Assembly (NCBI GenBank): GCA_964633445.1
Contig: CAZWFW010000003.1
Span: forward strand, 1 to 45,845
DNA: 45,845 bases
Origin: Candidatus Undinarchaeota archaeon
GTDB taxonomy: Archaea > Undinarchaeota > CAZWFW01
Reading direction: 5' to 3'
The notes beneath the pieces are model-generated. The model searched no databases, was not told the origin of the DNA, and saw only the letters and a program-made list of their open reading frames with translations. The position numbers and the translations under genes were made by a program. Shown here in pieces: positions 7,859 through 17,619 of this stretch. Positions within the stretch are counted from its first letter, which is position 1; every line of letters begins with the position of its first letter.

Positions 7859-9745
7859 ATGACGAAGAGAGAGCTGACAGGCATAGATCTGCATATATTA
7901 TTGAGGGAGATTTCAAAAAAACTTGAAAATAGTATCTTAAAGAAGATAAAGGAGGACTTCCAAAATAAAACGTTTCTATTTATTTTCTATAAAAAGAAAG
8001 CTGGTGAGCTACATCTTTTGGTAGAGCTTGGTAAAAGATTGCATCTCACAAATTATAGAAGAGAATTTCCTCAGCCAACACCATTCTGCATGCTTCTTAG
8101 AAAGCATCTAAAAGGATCAGTTTTAAGAAGGATTCTGCAAAAAAATTTTGAAAGAGTTGTTGAGTTTATATTCGAAAGGAATAATAGGAAATATTATTTG
8201 GTTGTGGAGCTTTTCAGTAAGGGAAATTTGCTGCTATTGAATGAAGATAGAAAAATCGTAGCTATCTTTGAGCGTCAATTGTGGAGGGATAGATCCCTAG
8301 AGATTGGCGCAAAATACGAGTATCCTCCCGAAAAAATAAACCTATTTAACTTGAATACCAAAAGCATTTGCAGACTGGCAAAGAGCTGCGATAAAGATAT
8401 TGTTAGGTTTTTAGCCGTAGATTTAGGCTTAGGAGGATTGTATGCTGAGGAAGTATGTTATAGAGCCAAAATCGATAAAAATATGCATGTAAATAGCCTA
8501 ACGGAGGAGCTCGCCAATACCATAATTGAAACCCTTAAGGATATGTTAAAAGAGGAAGCCCATCTTTACGATGATTGCTTTGCCCCCTTTGAACTTAAAA
8601 AATTAAAAAAATCTCCGTTAAAAGTTTCAAAATCTTTTAATGAGGTTCTAGATGAATATTTTGCTAAATTAGAGGATTTGCACAGGAAATCTATTGAGGA
8701 AAGGAAAATTCGCGAGAAGGAGAAAAAGATATGCAAAATTTCAAAAATAATCGAGAAATTAGAAACACAAGAAGAGCTCCTAAGGGAAATTGGGAATCTA
8801 ATTTATTTAAACCTCCCTACGATTCAGAAGCTTCTCGAGGATATAAGAAAAGTTAGAAGGGAAAATTCCTGGGAAAAAGTTAAGGAGATGCTGCCTAGAA
8901 AATACAACTTCATTAGCGAAATTGATGAAAAGGAGGGAAAAATAACTCTAATGATAGAAAACAGGAAAATATCCTTAGATCTGAGGAAGAATGCCGCTGA
9001 GAACGCTAACCTATACTTTGAAAAGGCAAAGAAAATTAGAGAAGAAATTAATCGCCTTAAATGCAAAATTAAGGAGATCGAAAAAAAGAAGGGTATCAGG
9101 AAACTTAAAAAGCTTAAGAGAAGAAAATGGTACGAGAAATTCAGATATTTCTTTACATCAAATGGTTTTTTGGTTATTGCGGGCAAAGATGCTGCAACAA
9201 ATGAATTACTTATCAAAAAATATTTGGAAAGTAGAGATATTGTTCTTCATGCGGAGATTCAAAGCCCGTTTGCTATTATAAAATCTATGGGCAGGAAAAT
9301 AGACGAACAAAGCATAAAAGAGGCTGCTGTATTTACTGCATGTTATTCAAAAGCTTGGAAGCTTGGGTTAGCAAGTATAGATGTTTTCTGGGTTAAACCC
9401 GAGCAAGTAAGCAAAAGAGCCCCCTCCGGGGAATATCTCGGCAAGGGAGCATTCATGATATATGGGAAAAGGAATTATATTGCGGTATCTTTAAGGCTTG
9501 CTATAGGAATTACTTTTGAAAATGATACCTATGAAATTATTGCAGGACCAGAAAGTGCTGTAAGTAGCAAAACTAAATATTTTGTAGTGATTACACCAGG
9601 TAATCTGAAGAGTAGCGATCTCGTAAAAAAGATTAAGAGAAAGTTGAGTAAAAAAATTCCTATTGAAAAAAGAGAAATACTAGAAAGCATAGAGATTTCG
9701 GAATTTCAAAAATGGATTCCTGGGGGTGGGGAAATTAGAAGCTAA
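7859..9745 (+). CDS. NFACT-family protein (Rqc2/RqcH/FbpA-like ribosome quality-control factor)
   Basis: 628 aa. It has an N-terminal NFACT-N-like region, a long Lys/Glu coiled coil, and a DUF814/NFACT-R segment (FLVIAGKDAATNELLIKKYLESRDIVLHAEIQSPFAII). Confidence 0.8.
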   Translation: MTKRELTGIDLHILLREISKKLENSILKKIKEDFQNKTFLFIFYKKKAGELHLLVELGKRLHLTNYRREFPQPTPFCMLLRKHLKGSVLRRILQKNFERVVEFIFERNNRKYYLVVELFSKGNLLLLNEDRKIVAIFERQLWRDRSLEIGAKYEYPPEKINLFNLNTKSICRLAKSCDKDIVRFLAVDLGLGGLYAEEVCYRAKIDKNMHVNSLTEELANTIIETLKDMLKEEAHLYDDCFAPFELKKLKKSPLKVSKSFNEVLDEYFAKLEDLHRKSIEERKIREKEKKICKISKIIEKLETQEELLREIGNLIYLNLPTIQKLLEDIRKVRRENSWEKVKEMLPRKYNFISEIDEKEGKITLMIENRKISLDLRKNAAENANLYFEKAKKIREEINRLKCKIKEIEKKKGIRKLKKLKRRKWYEKFRYFFTSNGFLVIAGKDAATNELLIKKYLESRDIVLHAEIQSPFAIIKSMGRKIDEQSIKEAAVFTACYSKAWKLGLASIDVFWVKPEQVSKRAPSGEYLGKGAFMIYGKRNYIAVSLRLAIGITFENDTYEIIAGPESAVSSKTKYFVVITPGNLKSSDLVKKIKRKLSKKIPIEKREILESIEISEFQKWIPGGGEIRS

Positions 9746-10250
9746 AATAATAGTAGGAATGACAGGAAGCGTTGCTGTTACAGAAGCTTTAAGGCTAATT
9801 CGGGTGCTGAGAAAAAAATATGAAATTTGCGCAGTTTTAAGTGATGCTGCAAAGAAACTTATAAGCAAAGAGCTTGTGAGGTGGTTCGCTGGAGAAATTG
9901 TCGAGATATCTGGTTATGCGGAGCATATAAAAGTTGTTGAGGAAGCTAAACTGATGATTATTGCCCCGGCTACGGCAAATACAATCAGTAAAATCGCTCA
10001 CGGAATTGCTGACACGCCAGTGACGCTTGTTGCACTTTCAGCTTATAAGAAAATACCGATAATTATCGCACCAGCAATGCATATAAACATGTACACCCAT
10101 CCTGTGATCCAAGAAAATCTAAAAAAGCTGGAAAAATTGGGATTTATTATCGCTAGGCCAAGAATTGAGAATAAAAAAGCAAAGATCGCCAGCGCCGAAG
10201 AGATCGCTGAAATGGTGGAGAAAGTTTTAAAAAGTAGTAAAGAAAATTAA
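9726..10250 (+). CDS. HFCD-family flavoprotein (phosphopantothenoylcysteine decarboxylase CoaC-like), stand-alone
   Basis: 174 aa with a GTG start. Motifs are IIVGMTGSVAV and MIIAPATANTISKIAHGIADTPVT, the CoaC/EpiD flavoprotein signature. No CoaB (synthetase) domain is fused. Confidence 0.7.
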   Translation: MGKLEAKIIVGMTGSVAVTEALRLIRVLRKKYEICAVLSDAAKKLISKELVRWFAGEIVEISGYAEHIKVVEEAKLMIIAPATANTISKIAHGIADTPVTLVALSAYKKIPIIIAPAMHINMYTHPVIQENLKKLEKLGFIIARPRIENKKAKIASAEEIAEMVEKVLKSSKEN

Positions 10251-10258
10251 TTTTTTGT

Positions 10259-10645
10259 ATGGAGCGAATATACTATAACGTTTGTGCAAAGGCCGAAATT
10301 CCTAGAGATGAGCTGGAGGAGAATATAGACATTAATTATCTTTTGGAGAAAATTATAACAGATTTGGAGGATCGTCTTAAGGAAAACATCATTTATTTCG
10401 GAAAAAGCGAAACAAGAGGCGCATTAAGCAAGGGTGAAGCCGATTTCTTCATAATTGAAAATGGTGGCGTTCTTGAATTTTACATTGAGGATTGCTTCGA
10501 GATAATTGGTCATTTTCTAAAGGAGGAGAGAGCCGAAAAATTTGCAAAAATATTAGCGGAAGTTTTGAAAAATCAGATTCTTGATATTATAAAAAAAGCT
10601 GGAGAGAATATTATTATAATAAGAAAAGTTTCAAAATTTCCCTGA
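10259..10645 (+). CDS. Hypothetical protein (128 aa)
   Basis: Unopposed ORF 8 nt after the flavoprotein gene. I recognise no family. Confidence 0.45.
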   Translation: MERIYYNVCAKAEIPRDELEENIDINYLLEKIITDLEDRLKENIIYFGKSETRGALSKGEADFFIIENGGVLEFYIEDCFEIIGHFLKEERAEKFAKILAEVLKNQILDIIKKAGENIIIIRKVSKFP

Positions 10646-10665
10646 ATCAGCTTGCTGATCCGTCA

Positions 10666-11661
10666 TCACTCATCAGCATCTCTGACCTTCATCATACTAT
10701 TAAAATTTCCTAATCGCGACATTATAATGTTTTTTACTTTACCAATATTAATACATTTTACTGCTGAAATCTCTATGGCATCTCCCTCCCTAGCCCTTAT
10801 CTCTTCTATCTGCCGCCTTTCACAAATGTCTATCTTATTAATCACGACTATTACCTTCTCCCTACCGAAGCTTCTTCTTATCGATTCTAGCAAAGATACC
10901 TGATCTTTAAGCGAATAACCGCAGGTTTCGCTTGGGTCGATTACGAAGATTATTAAATTTGCAAGATATTTTAAAGCTAAGATAGCTTGCTTCTCGATCT
11001 CATTTCTTTTCTCGAAGGGTCTGTCGAGTAAACCAGGGGTATCTATAATCTGTATGCCATTCATATACCCAATCCTTATCTTCTTAGTTGTAAATGGATA
11101 AGGCGCAATTTCTGGCTTTGAATTAGTTAGCTGCTTTAAAAGTGTGGATTTTCCGACGTTAGGATAACCCGCTATCACTACCGTTGGTATATTCTTAACG
11201 TTAGGCATGCTTCTCAATTCCATTTTAGCTTTCTCAAGAAATTCCAAATCTCTTCTAATCTTCCTTAAAATTGAGCAAAGCCTACCATATGCCTCTTTCC
11301 TTATCTCTCTCAACTTCTTCCAATTTTTTCTATTTCTTTCAAGCTTTTCAAGTTCTTCTCTTTTTATTTTCTCAATTACGCTAATAACTCCTTTAACTCT
11401 ACCCAAACTCAGTTTTAATTTGTCAACACCAACTAAAACGTCTATAAGTTCCTTGTAAAATGGTTTCAGATTGTCTATCCAAGGAAACTCTTCAAGCTCG
11501 CCTTTAAGCTTTTCCTGAACAACTTGAAATGCTGTATTTATCCTTACCTTCTCCCTTGTATACGCTATATTCTTTCCAGTATCTACGCTTGATGCGGATT
11601 TTGAGGCTGTAGAAAATGCTTTGTCAATTATTTTTCTGTATTTTCTATATGCTTTGCTCAT
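10666..11661 (-). CDS. NOG1-family GTPase
   Basis: 331 aa. A helical N-terminal domain is followed by G1 AGYPNVGKST, G3 DTPGLLDRP, the RNEIEKQAILAL segment and G4 NKID. This pattern matches NOG1. Confidence 0.8.
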   Translation of the reverse strand: MSKAYRKYRKIIDKAFSTASKSASSVDTGKNIAYTREKVRINTAFQVVQEKLKGELEEFPWIDNLKPFYKELIDVLVGVDKLKLSLGRVKGVISVIEKIKREELEKLERNRKNWKKLREIRKEAYGRLCSILRKIRRDLEFLEKAKMELRSMPNVKNIPTVVIAGYPNVGKSTLLKQLTNSKPEIAPYPFTTKKIRIGYMNGIQIIDTPGLLDRPFEKRNEIEKQAILALKYLANLIIFVIDPSETCGYSLKDQVSLLESIRRSFGREKVIVVINKIDICERRQIEEIRAREGDAIEISAVKCINIGKVKNIIMSRLGNFNSMMKVRDADE

Positions 11662-11666
11662 AAATT

Positions 11667-12812
11667 TTAAACTTCGCTTAAAGCTTCTAATACTGTTTCT
11701 GGTTGCAATCTTAGCTCAATTTTTCTACTTTTGCCTCTATATCCTTTGCTTGTTAATGGGGCATCTATTATTCTTAGCGTTTCTAATCTTGAAATGTAAT
11801 TTCTAAACGTTCTTTCTGCAACGGGTTCCTTGCAGTTCTTCTTGTATTCCTCATAAAGGATACCAGTCAGGATCTCCTTTTCTTCAATTTGCATCTCTGC
11901 AATAATCCTAAGCAAAATTTTTTCATGATGCGTTAATGCTCTCAGAAGCTCCTTTATTTGGTAGTCTCCAAGCTTCTTAGCAACCTCCTTAACGTGCCTA
12001 AGCTCTATTTTCCTGCTTGCTTCTCTTTCGGCAAGTCTTCCAGCTTTCCATAAACATTCCAAGGCTATTCTCACGTCACCTCCCTGCTCAGCTGTTATTC
12101 TTGCAACCTCGTTTATGATATCCTCGCTCACTACACCAGAGTAAAATGCTACCCTCGCCCTTTCCTTTACGATATCTCTCAATTCCTTCTCGGTATACGG
12201 CTTAAAGATAATTTCCTCCTCACATAGGCTACTTTTTATCCTTGCATCAACATATCTCATGACAAAGGCGTCATTGGATATAGTTACTAAGCTTAAATTT
12301 GCATTTACCCATTCGTTACTTCTCAAAATATCGTAAAGTACGGCATACTCCTTCTTATTAACAATTTGATCTACTTCATCCAATGCTATAACTATCGCTT
12401 TTTCTCTTTTCTCAACAACCTTGAGAAATCTTTCAAATATTTCATCGGTAGCTACGCCCCTTCTAGGCATGAACCCTTTCAATTCTGAAAGGATTTTGCA
12501 GAGAATCGCATGTCTTGTATTATACTCCCAGCAGTTTACATAAATTGGTACGACCTCGTTGCTAACTTCAACCATCTCGTTGAAAAGGAATCTTGTGATT
12601 GCTGTTTTTCCAGTACCAGGAGGACCGTAGATGAAAACGTTGTAAGCTCGTCTACCTCTCAAGGCAGGTTTTAAGCATGTGGCTATTGCTTGGATCTGGT
12701 GTTCCCTGTGTGGGAAATTTTCAGGAATATACTCGGGCATGAGGCTTCTTTCGTTTTTAAATATGGTTTCCTCATTACCCAGGAAATCTGCAAATGCTTT
12801 TGTTGCGCCCAT
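11667..12812 (-). CDS. cdc6: Orc1/Cdc6 replication initiator
   Basis: 381 aa with the typical N-terminus (LMPEYIPENFPHREHQI). It has Walker A YGPPGTGKT, Walker B ALDEVD, and a C-terminal winged-helix region. Confidence 0.92.
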   Translation of the reverse strand: MGATKAFADFLGNEETIFKNERSLMPEYIPENFPHREHQIQAIATCLKPALRGRRAYNVFIYGPPGTGKTAITRFLFNEMVEVSNEVVPIYVNCWEYNTRHAILCKILSELKGFMPRRGVATDEIFERFLKVVEKREKAIVIALDEVDQIVNKKEYAVLYDILRSNEWVNANLSLVTISNDAFVMRYVDARIKSSLCEEEIIFKPYTEKELRDIVKERARVAFYSGVVSEDIINEVARITAEQGGDVRIALECLWKAGRLAEREASRKIELRHVKEVAKKLGDYQIKELLRALTHHEKILLRIIAEMQIEEKEILTGILYEEYKKNCKEPVAERTFRNYISRLETLRIIDAPLTSKGYRGKSRKIELRLQPETVLEALSEV

Positions 12813-12836
12813 ATCATTTTATACAGACTTACCCAA

Positions 12837-12844
12837 ATATAAAA
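12837..12844 (-). promoter_or_regulatory. TATA box for orc1/cdc6 (leaderless-type spacing)
   Basis: The minus strand reads TTTTATAT, with ~24 nt between the box and the ATG at 12812. Confidence 0.4.
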
Positions 12845-12997
12845 TAGTTGCATGTCCAGCTTGCCACTATTCAATTTAAAATCTGGCTTAATTTGTTGCA
12901 CAATATACAGCAAAATTTCGGGTGTTTTTTGGATATGAAGCTATTATATCATATCTTCAAAGATTTCGAAGTAGATTTGAAACAAAACGCTAAGCTA

Positions 12998-13003
12998 TTT
13001 ATA
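12998..13003 (+). promoter_or_regulatory. TATA box for the Lhr helicase gene (leaderless-type spacing)
   Basis: TTTATA, with 23 nt between the box and the ATG at 13027. Confidence 0.4.
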
Positions 13004-13026
13004 GGTAATCTTTTTACACTATATGC

Positions 13027-15855
13027 ATGAGTACGTCTCCTACCCTAAATAGGTTGAACTCGAGAATTAGGGATGGTTTAGCAAGGTTGGGGATAAGAAG
13101 ACTGACTTCTATTCAGGAGAAAGCTATTCCAAAAATTCTTGAAAACAAAAATGTATTGGTTATATCCCCCACTGGTACTGGGAAAACAGAGTGCGCTCTG
13201 CTACCAATTTTTCACAAAATTTTAGAAGAGTATAGAAAGAACAAGGGGATTATTGCTATTTATATAACGCCTTTAAGAGCTCTAAATAGAGATCTTCTCA
13301 GAAGGTTGGAATTTTGGTCAAATTTTCTTGAAATAAAAATAGAGGTGAGGCATGGAGACACCCCCGCTCATATAAGGAGAAAACAAGCAAAACTGCCACC
13401 TAAGATTCTAATAACCACCCCAGAAACCTTGCAAGCTATACTACCGGGAAAGCTTATGAGGGAGAATCTAAAAGGTGTAAGATTTGTTGTTGTGGATGAA
13501 ATTCACGAATTCTTTGAGGATAAGAGGGGTGTACAACTAGCTGTCGCATTAGAAAGATTGAAGGAAATCACTAATAGAAAGTTGCAGAGAATCGGTTTAA
13601 GCGCCACTATAGGGAATGTTGACGAAGTTGCAAAATTTTTAGCTGGAGGTGACGATTATCCTGAGATTGTAGAAGCTGAAGAGGAAAGAAAAATAAATTT
13701 GAGGGTTGAGCATCCACTAGCCAATAAAAAAGATATGGAGAAGGCGGATCTGCTTTTTACCGATGCTAACGTCGTGGCGAGGCTTAGGAGAATCCATGAA
13801 TTAATTAGGAAGCATGGAAAAACACTGATCTTTGTTAATACTAGAGAAACCGCCGAAACATTGGCGTCACGATTTAAAAAATTGTTTGATGACGTAAAAC
13901 TAGATGTTCATCACAGTTCACTATCTAGAGATGTTAGGATAGCCACTGAAGAGAAATTTAAGTCAGGTAAATTGAGCGCAATAATTTGCACCTCCAGCTT
14001 AGAACTTGGAATAGATATTGGAGATATAAACCTAGTAATTCAGTATAACAGTCCAAGACAGGTGATAAAGCTTTTGCAAAGGATTGGTAGAGCAAGACAT
14101 TGGTACAGGGAGGTTGCTAGTGGCGTAATAATTGCTGGCGGATTTGATGATATTTTGGAATCCTTAGCAATAGCCATGCTCTGCAAAAAGTTTATCGAAA
14201 AGCCAAAGATGCATAGAAATGCCTTAGACGTTCTTGCAAACCAAATTATTGGTTTGGCAATGGATTTCGGGGAAATCAGCAAAGAAAGTGTTTTTAAGGT
14301 AATAAAGAGGGCGTATCCCTTCAATCACCTAAGCTACAGAGAATTTCTTGATATATTGGAATTTCTGTCTTCACATAGGATGATTAGGCTCTCTGGAGAT
14401 AAAGTTCTGCTCACGCGAAAGGCAAGAGATTACTATTTTGAGAATTTGAGTATGATTCCTGACGAAAGTCAGTATAGCTTGGTGAATATTGCTGACAACA
14501 GAAAAATTGGGATGCTTGATGAAAGCTTTGTCGCGAAGCATGTTGAGCCTGATAAAATCATTATTTGTAAAGGACAAGCTTGGAAAATTCTAAGTATTGA
14601 GGAAAACGCGGTTTTTGCCGAACCAAGTGAGGATGTTTTTGGAGCAATACCCAGCTGGGAGGGCGATTTGCTGCCGGTAAGCTATGAGGTTGCCAAGAAG
14701 GTTGGAGAGTTGAGAAGAAAAGTCGAGGAAAGCGTGAGAAAGGGAAAACTTAACGAGATAAAAGAAATATTTTTATTGTATGGTGATAATAGTTGCTTTG
14801 AAAGAGTTGTTGAAGTTATTAGGGACCATGTAAGAAAAAATTTACCAGTTGCTAACGATAAAAGGATTGTAATCGAATCCTCTAGCAAATACGTTGTTGT
14901 TCATGCATGCTTCGGAAATCAAGTTAACGAGGCTTTTTCAAGATATTTGCTCGGTAGGATCCTTTATGAGCTTGGAGAGAGCGTTTTCGTTAACGTAGAT
15001 GCCTATCGCATAGTTTTTGAAACCTCAAAGCATATAGATGCTAGCGATGTTAAGAAACTCATCTTAGATGCTAGCAACATTGAGGAAAACATAATTAACA
15101 GCCTAAAGGGCTCTGTACTGTTAAATTGGAAGATTATGCACGTTCTAAGAAAATTCGGAGTTGCCAGGAAAAGTGTTGACTACAGCAAAGTTAGGCTCAA
15201 AAAAATTATCGAGCTCTACACAAACACACCGATTTTCAAGGAAGCTATAAGGGATTTGCTTACTGAGAAAATAGATGTTAAAAAATTTAAGGAAATTCTT
15301 GAAAGAGTAAAAAATGGCGAAATTGAGGTAGTTGCTATTAACACTACTGAACTTAGCCCAATCGCTAAGCAAAGGCTTGAATACCTATATTTGCATGACA
15401 TTGTTCAGCCAAAAATTCCTGAGAGTGTTATCATGGAAATTGTTAAAAATAGGTTGCTAAATAGCAAGGCGAGATTACTTTGCATGTATTGTGGAGAGTA
15501 TGAAACAAGTATAACAATAAAGAATTTGCCTGATCTGCCTAGATGTAAGAAATGTGGAGCAAGATTGCTTGCTGTTGTTGAGAGTGACGAGATGAGACGG
15601 ATAATTAGAAAATGGATTTTCAGAAAAAAATTGAGTAAAAAGGAGCAGGAATTGTTGGCAAAAGCGAGGAGAACTGCGGATTTAGTATTATCCTATGGTA
15701 AAAAGGCAGTAATATGTTTGGCCGGTAGAGGTGTAGGTCCGCAAACTGCAGCAAGGATTTTAAGCAGGATGCATAGAGATGAGAGGGATTTCTATAAGGA
15801 TATAATAGAGGCTGAGAGGCAGTTCATAAGAACAAAAAAATGGTGGAGAAGATAA
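13027..15855 (+). CDS. lhr: Lhr-type large superfamily 2 helicase
   Basis: 942 aa. Motifs are motif I SPTGTGKT, YITPLRALNRD, motif II VVDEIH, motif III LSAT and QRIGRARH, followed by a long DEAD-associated-type domain. The C-terminal end has CMYCG...CKKCG (zinc ribbon) and GRGVGPQTAARIL (HhH-like). Confidence 0.85.
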   Translation: MSTSPTLNRLNSRIRDGLARLGIRRLTSIQEKAIPKILENKNVLVISPTGTGKTECALLPIFHKILEEYRKNKGIIAIYITPLRALNRDLLRRLEFWSNFLEIKIEVRHGDTPAHIRRKQAKLPPKILITTPETLQAILPGKLMRENLKGVRFVVVDEIHEFFEDKRGVQLAVALERLKEITNRKLQRIGLSATIGNVDEVAKFLAGGDDYPEIVEAEEERKINLRVEHPLANKKDMEKADLLFTDANVVARLRRIHELIRKHGKTLIFVNTRETAETLASRFKKLFDDVKLDVHHSSLSRDVRIATEEKFKSGKLSAIICTSSLELGIDIGDINLVIQYNSPRQVIKLLQRIGRARHWYREVASGVIIAGGFDDILESLAIAMLCKKFIEKPKMHRNALDVLANQIIGLAMDFGEISKESVFKVIKRAYPFNHLSYREFLDILEFLSSHRMIRLSGDKVLLTRKARDYYFENLSMIPDESQYSLVNIADNRKIGMLDESFVAKHVEPDKIIICKGQAWKILSIEENAVFAEPSEDVFGAIPSWEGDLLPVSYEVAKKVGELRRKVEESVRKGKLNEIKEIFLLYGDNSCFERVVEVIRDHVRKNLPVANDKRIVIESSSKYVVVHACFGNQVNEAFSRYLLGRILYELGESVFVNVDAYRIVFETSKHIDASDVKKLILDASNIEENIINSLKGSVLLNWKIMHVLRKFGVARKSVDYSKVRLKKIIELYTNTPIFKEAIRDLLTEKIDVKKFKEILERVKNGEIEVVAINTTELSPIAKQRLEYLYLHDIVQPKIPESVIMEIVKNRLLNSKARLLCMYCGEYETSITIKNLPDLPRCKKCGARLLAVVESDEMRRIIRKWIFRKKLSKKEQELLAKARRTADLVLSYGKKAVICLAGRGVGPQTAARILSRMHRDERDFYKDIIEAERQFIRTKKWWRR

Positions 15856-15907
15856 TGAAACGTAACCATTAATGTTAAAGAGAAGGGATCCGCATTCAGC
15901 GTTTGAT

Positions 15908-16804
15908 TCATAGGTGCTTTAGTACGACGACATTAGCCCCTAATGGTACTTGCAGAGAATTCGCAACAACCTTACACTTTGCCTTTAAAATAAAAAACAC
16001 AGGTTTATTAAGCTTAAATTCAGTTAAAGATTCGTAATTACCCATTCCCTTCGCAATAATGAAATCGCATTCCTCAACTTCTCTAATCAATTCTTTACCA
16101 CATTCCCTAAGCCATGTACCAATGTAATCATTACCAGTAGTTATAACCTTAGCAGCTTCTTGCATATCGCATGCGTTAGCATCTTCAAGCGTAGCATCAT
16201 TTTGTACAGGCTTGCCTTTAACCACCACAGTAACGTTACAGTATTTTCCAAGAATTTTAACAAGTTCCTTATCAATGAAAATTTCTCCAGCGTTATCGCA
16301 GAGATATATTATCTTTTTACTTTTTTTGAGCATATCCAGCATAATTTTAGTGTTATCTAAAAATAGTCCCTCGTGTAGCACATTTTTAAGCATTTTCTCG
16401 AAGTCATCTTCTGGATCAAACTTGTGCTCAGCAATTCCAAAATCGAAAGCATTACCTGCAACTGCGCAAAGACAAGCCATTCTCAATTTCTCAAGTTCTC
16501 CTTCCGATTCTTCAATAACCTTTCTTACCAAGGGCATAACTTTCGCTGCACATTCATTACTTCCTCTCTTTATCTCGGCATAAGGATCCTCCAAACCAAT
16601 CTTCTCTTTAATTAATGTTTTAAGAATTCTTTCTCTTTTAGTGGCAATCAACATCGGAGGCTTTTTTAAGCTAAATTCCTTCTCGAAAAGCTTCAAAACT
16701 TCTTTCATGGCCTCTACTTTAAAAGCATCATCATTAGATAGCCTATCAAGTATATAGAGAGTTCTTCTTATCAAACAAACCATGCATTGTGGTCTAGCTT
16801 TCAT
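15908..16804 (-). CDS. DUF89 (ARMT1-like) damage-control phosphatase family protein
   Basis: 298 aa with CMVCLIRRT at the N-terminus, DNAGEIFIDKELV, and KGMGNYESL. Confidence 0.75.
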   Translation of the reverse strand: MKARPQCMVCLIRRTLYILDRLSNDDAFKVEAMKEVLKLFEKEFSLKKPPMLIATKRERILKTLIKEKIGLEDPYAEIKRGSNECAAKVMPLVRKVIEESEGELEKLRMACLCAVAGNAFDFGIAEHKFDPEDDFEKMLKNVLHEGLFLDNTKIMLDMLKKSKKIIYLCDNAGEIFIDKELVKILGKYCNVTVVVKGKPVQNDATLEDANACDMQEAAKVITTGNDYIGTWLRECGKELIREVEECDFIIAKGMGNYESLTEFKLNKPVFFILKAKCKVVANSLQVPLGANVVVLKHL

Positions 16805-17048
16805 GAGAATATTTTTACAGGAAATAAATTATCTTATTATTTTTTGTTAACTAATATATCAACAGATATAGAAAAGCCAAACATTAAGCAAATGGTTATC
16901 ATAAAAGATTGAAAAAAATTATCACAGCTGAGATTCCTTTTCTAATAAGACTTAGGTTTGGAAATTCTATTTGTCAATCTGCAAGCATACTATCTTGCTA
17001 CTACCAAATAAGAAACAAACAAATATTAAAGCTTCATAAATATAGATT

Positions 17049-17603
17049 ATGGGCACAAATGTTCCCTTAGAATATTTTTACAAAGTTTTGGCCCCAAGAC
17101 CTGTAGCTATAATTACTACAATAGATAAAGAAGGTAAAGTAAATGCTGCACCTTTTAGCTTTATTATGCCTTTATCCATGGAACCTGCGATGCTCTGCTT
17201 TGCAACGGACCCGGAGCATGATACCTACGCAAACATAAAGGAGGTTCCAGAATTTGTTGCCAATTTGCCTAAGGAGGAGATTGCGAAAAAATTGTGGATT
17301 ACTGGTAAAGAATTTCCGAAGGGGGTCAATGAGCTTGAAAAAGCTGAGTTAACGCAAATTTCTTCGAAAATGGTTAGACCACCTAGCATAAAAGAATGTT
17401 TTGCAAGGATTGAATGCAAAGTTGAAGACACTAGAGAATATGGTGATCATGCCCTAGTTGTGGGTAAAGTTGTTAATGTTGATGTAGATAGCAATTGTTA
17501 TAATCTTGATAAAAATTTGCTGAATGTTGATGCTGCAAAGCCTTTGCTGCATCTGGGAGGATCGAAGTTTGCTTTGCCTTTGAAAGTGATTGATGTAAGA
17601 TAG
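17049..17603 (+). CDS. Flavin reductase-like FMN-binding protein
   Basis: 184 aa. PRPVAIITTIDKEGKVNAAPFSF and DTYANIKEVPEFVANL match the flavin reductase domain pattern. Confidence 0.7.
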   Translation: MGTNVPLEYFYKVLAPRPVAIITTIDKEGKVNAAPFSFIMPLSMEPAMLCFATDPEHDTYANIKEVPEFVANLPKEEIAKKLWITGKEFPKGVNELEKAELTQISSKMVRPPSIKECFARIECKVEDTREYGDHALVVGKVVNVDVDSNCYNLDKNLLNVDAAKPLLHLGGSKFALPLKVIDVR

Positions 17604-17619
17604 CAATTGGTTAGAAAGT

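Noticed and set aside
5947-12913. Track ORFs 5947-6234, 6527-6763, 6764-7018, 8824-9216, 8991-9281, 9680-9868, 10652-10903, 11207-11458, 11621-11806, 12679-12879 and 12683-12913.
   Set aside because: They are embedded in or antisense to the 377-aa membrane protein, NFACT, NOG1 or Orc1/Cdc6 genes. ORF 8991-9281 is an out-of-frame same-strand reading of the NFACT Lys/Arg-rich coiled coil. None has independent signals.
12848-13030. A 60-aa ORF filling the orc1/lhr intergenic spacer.
   Set aside because: It would occupy the whole divergent promoter region, including both TATA boxes. It ends inside the lhr start and has no family resemblance.
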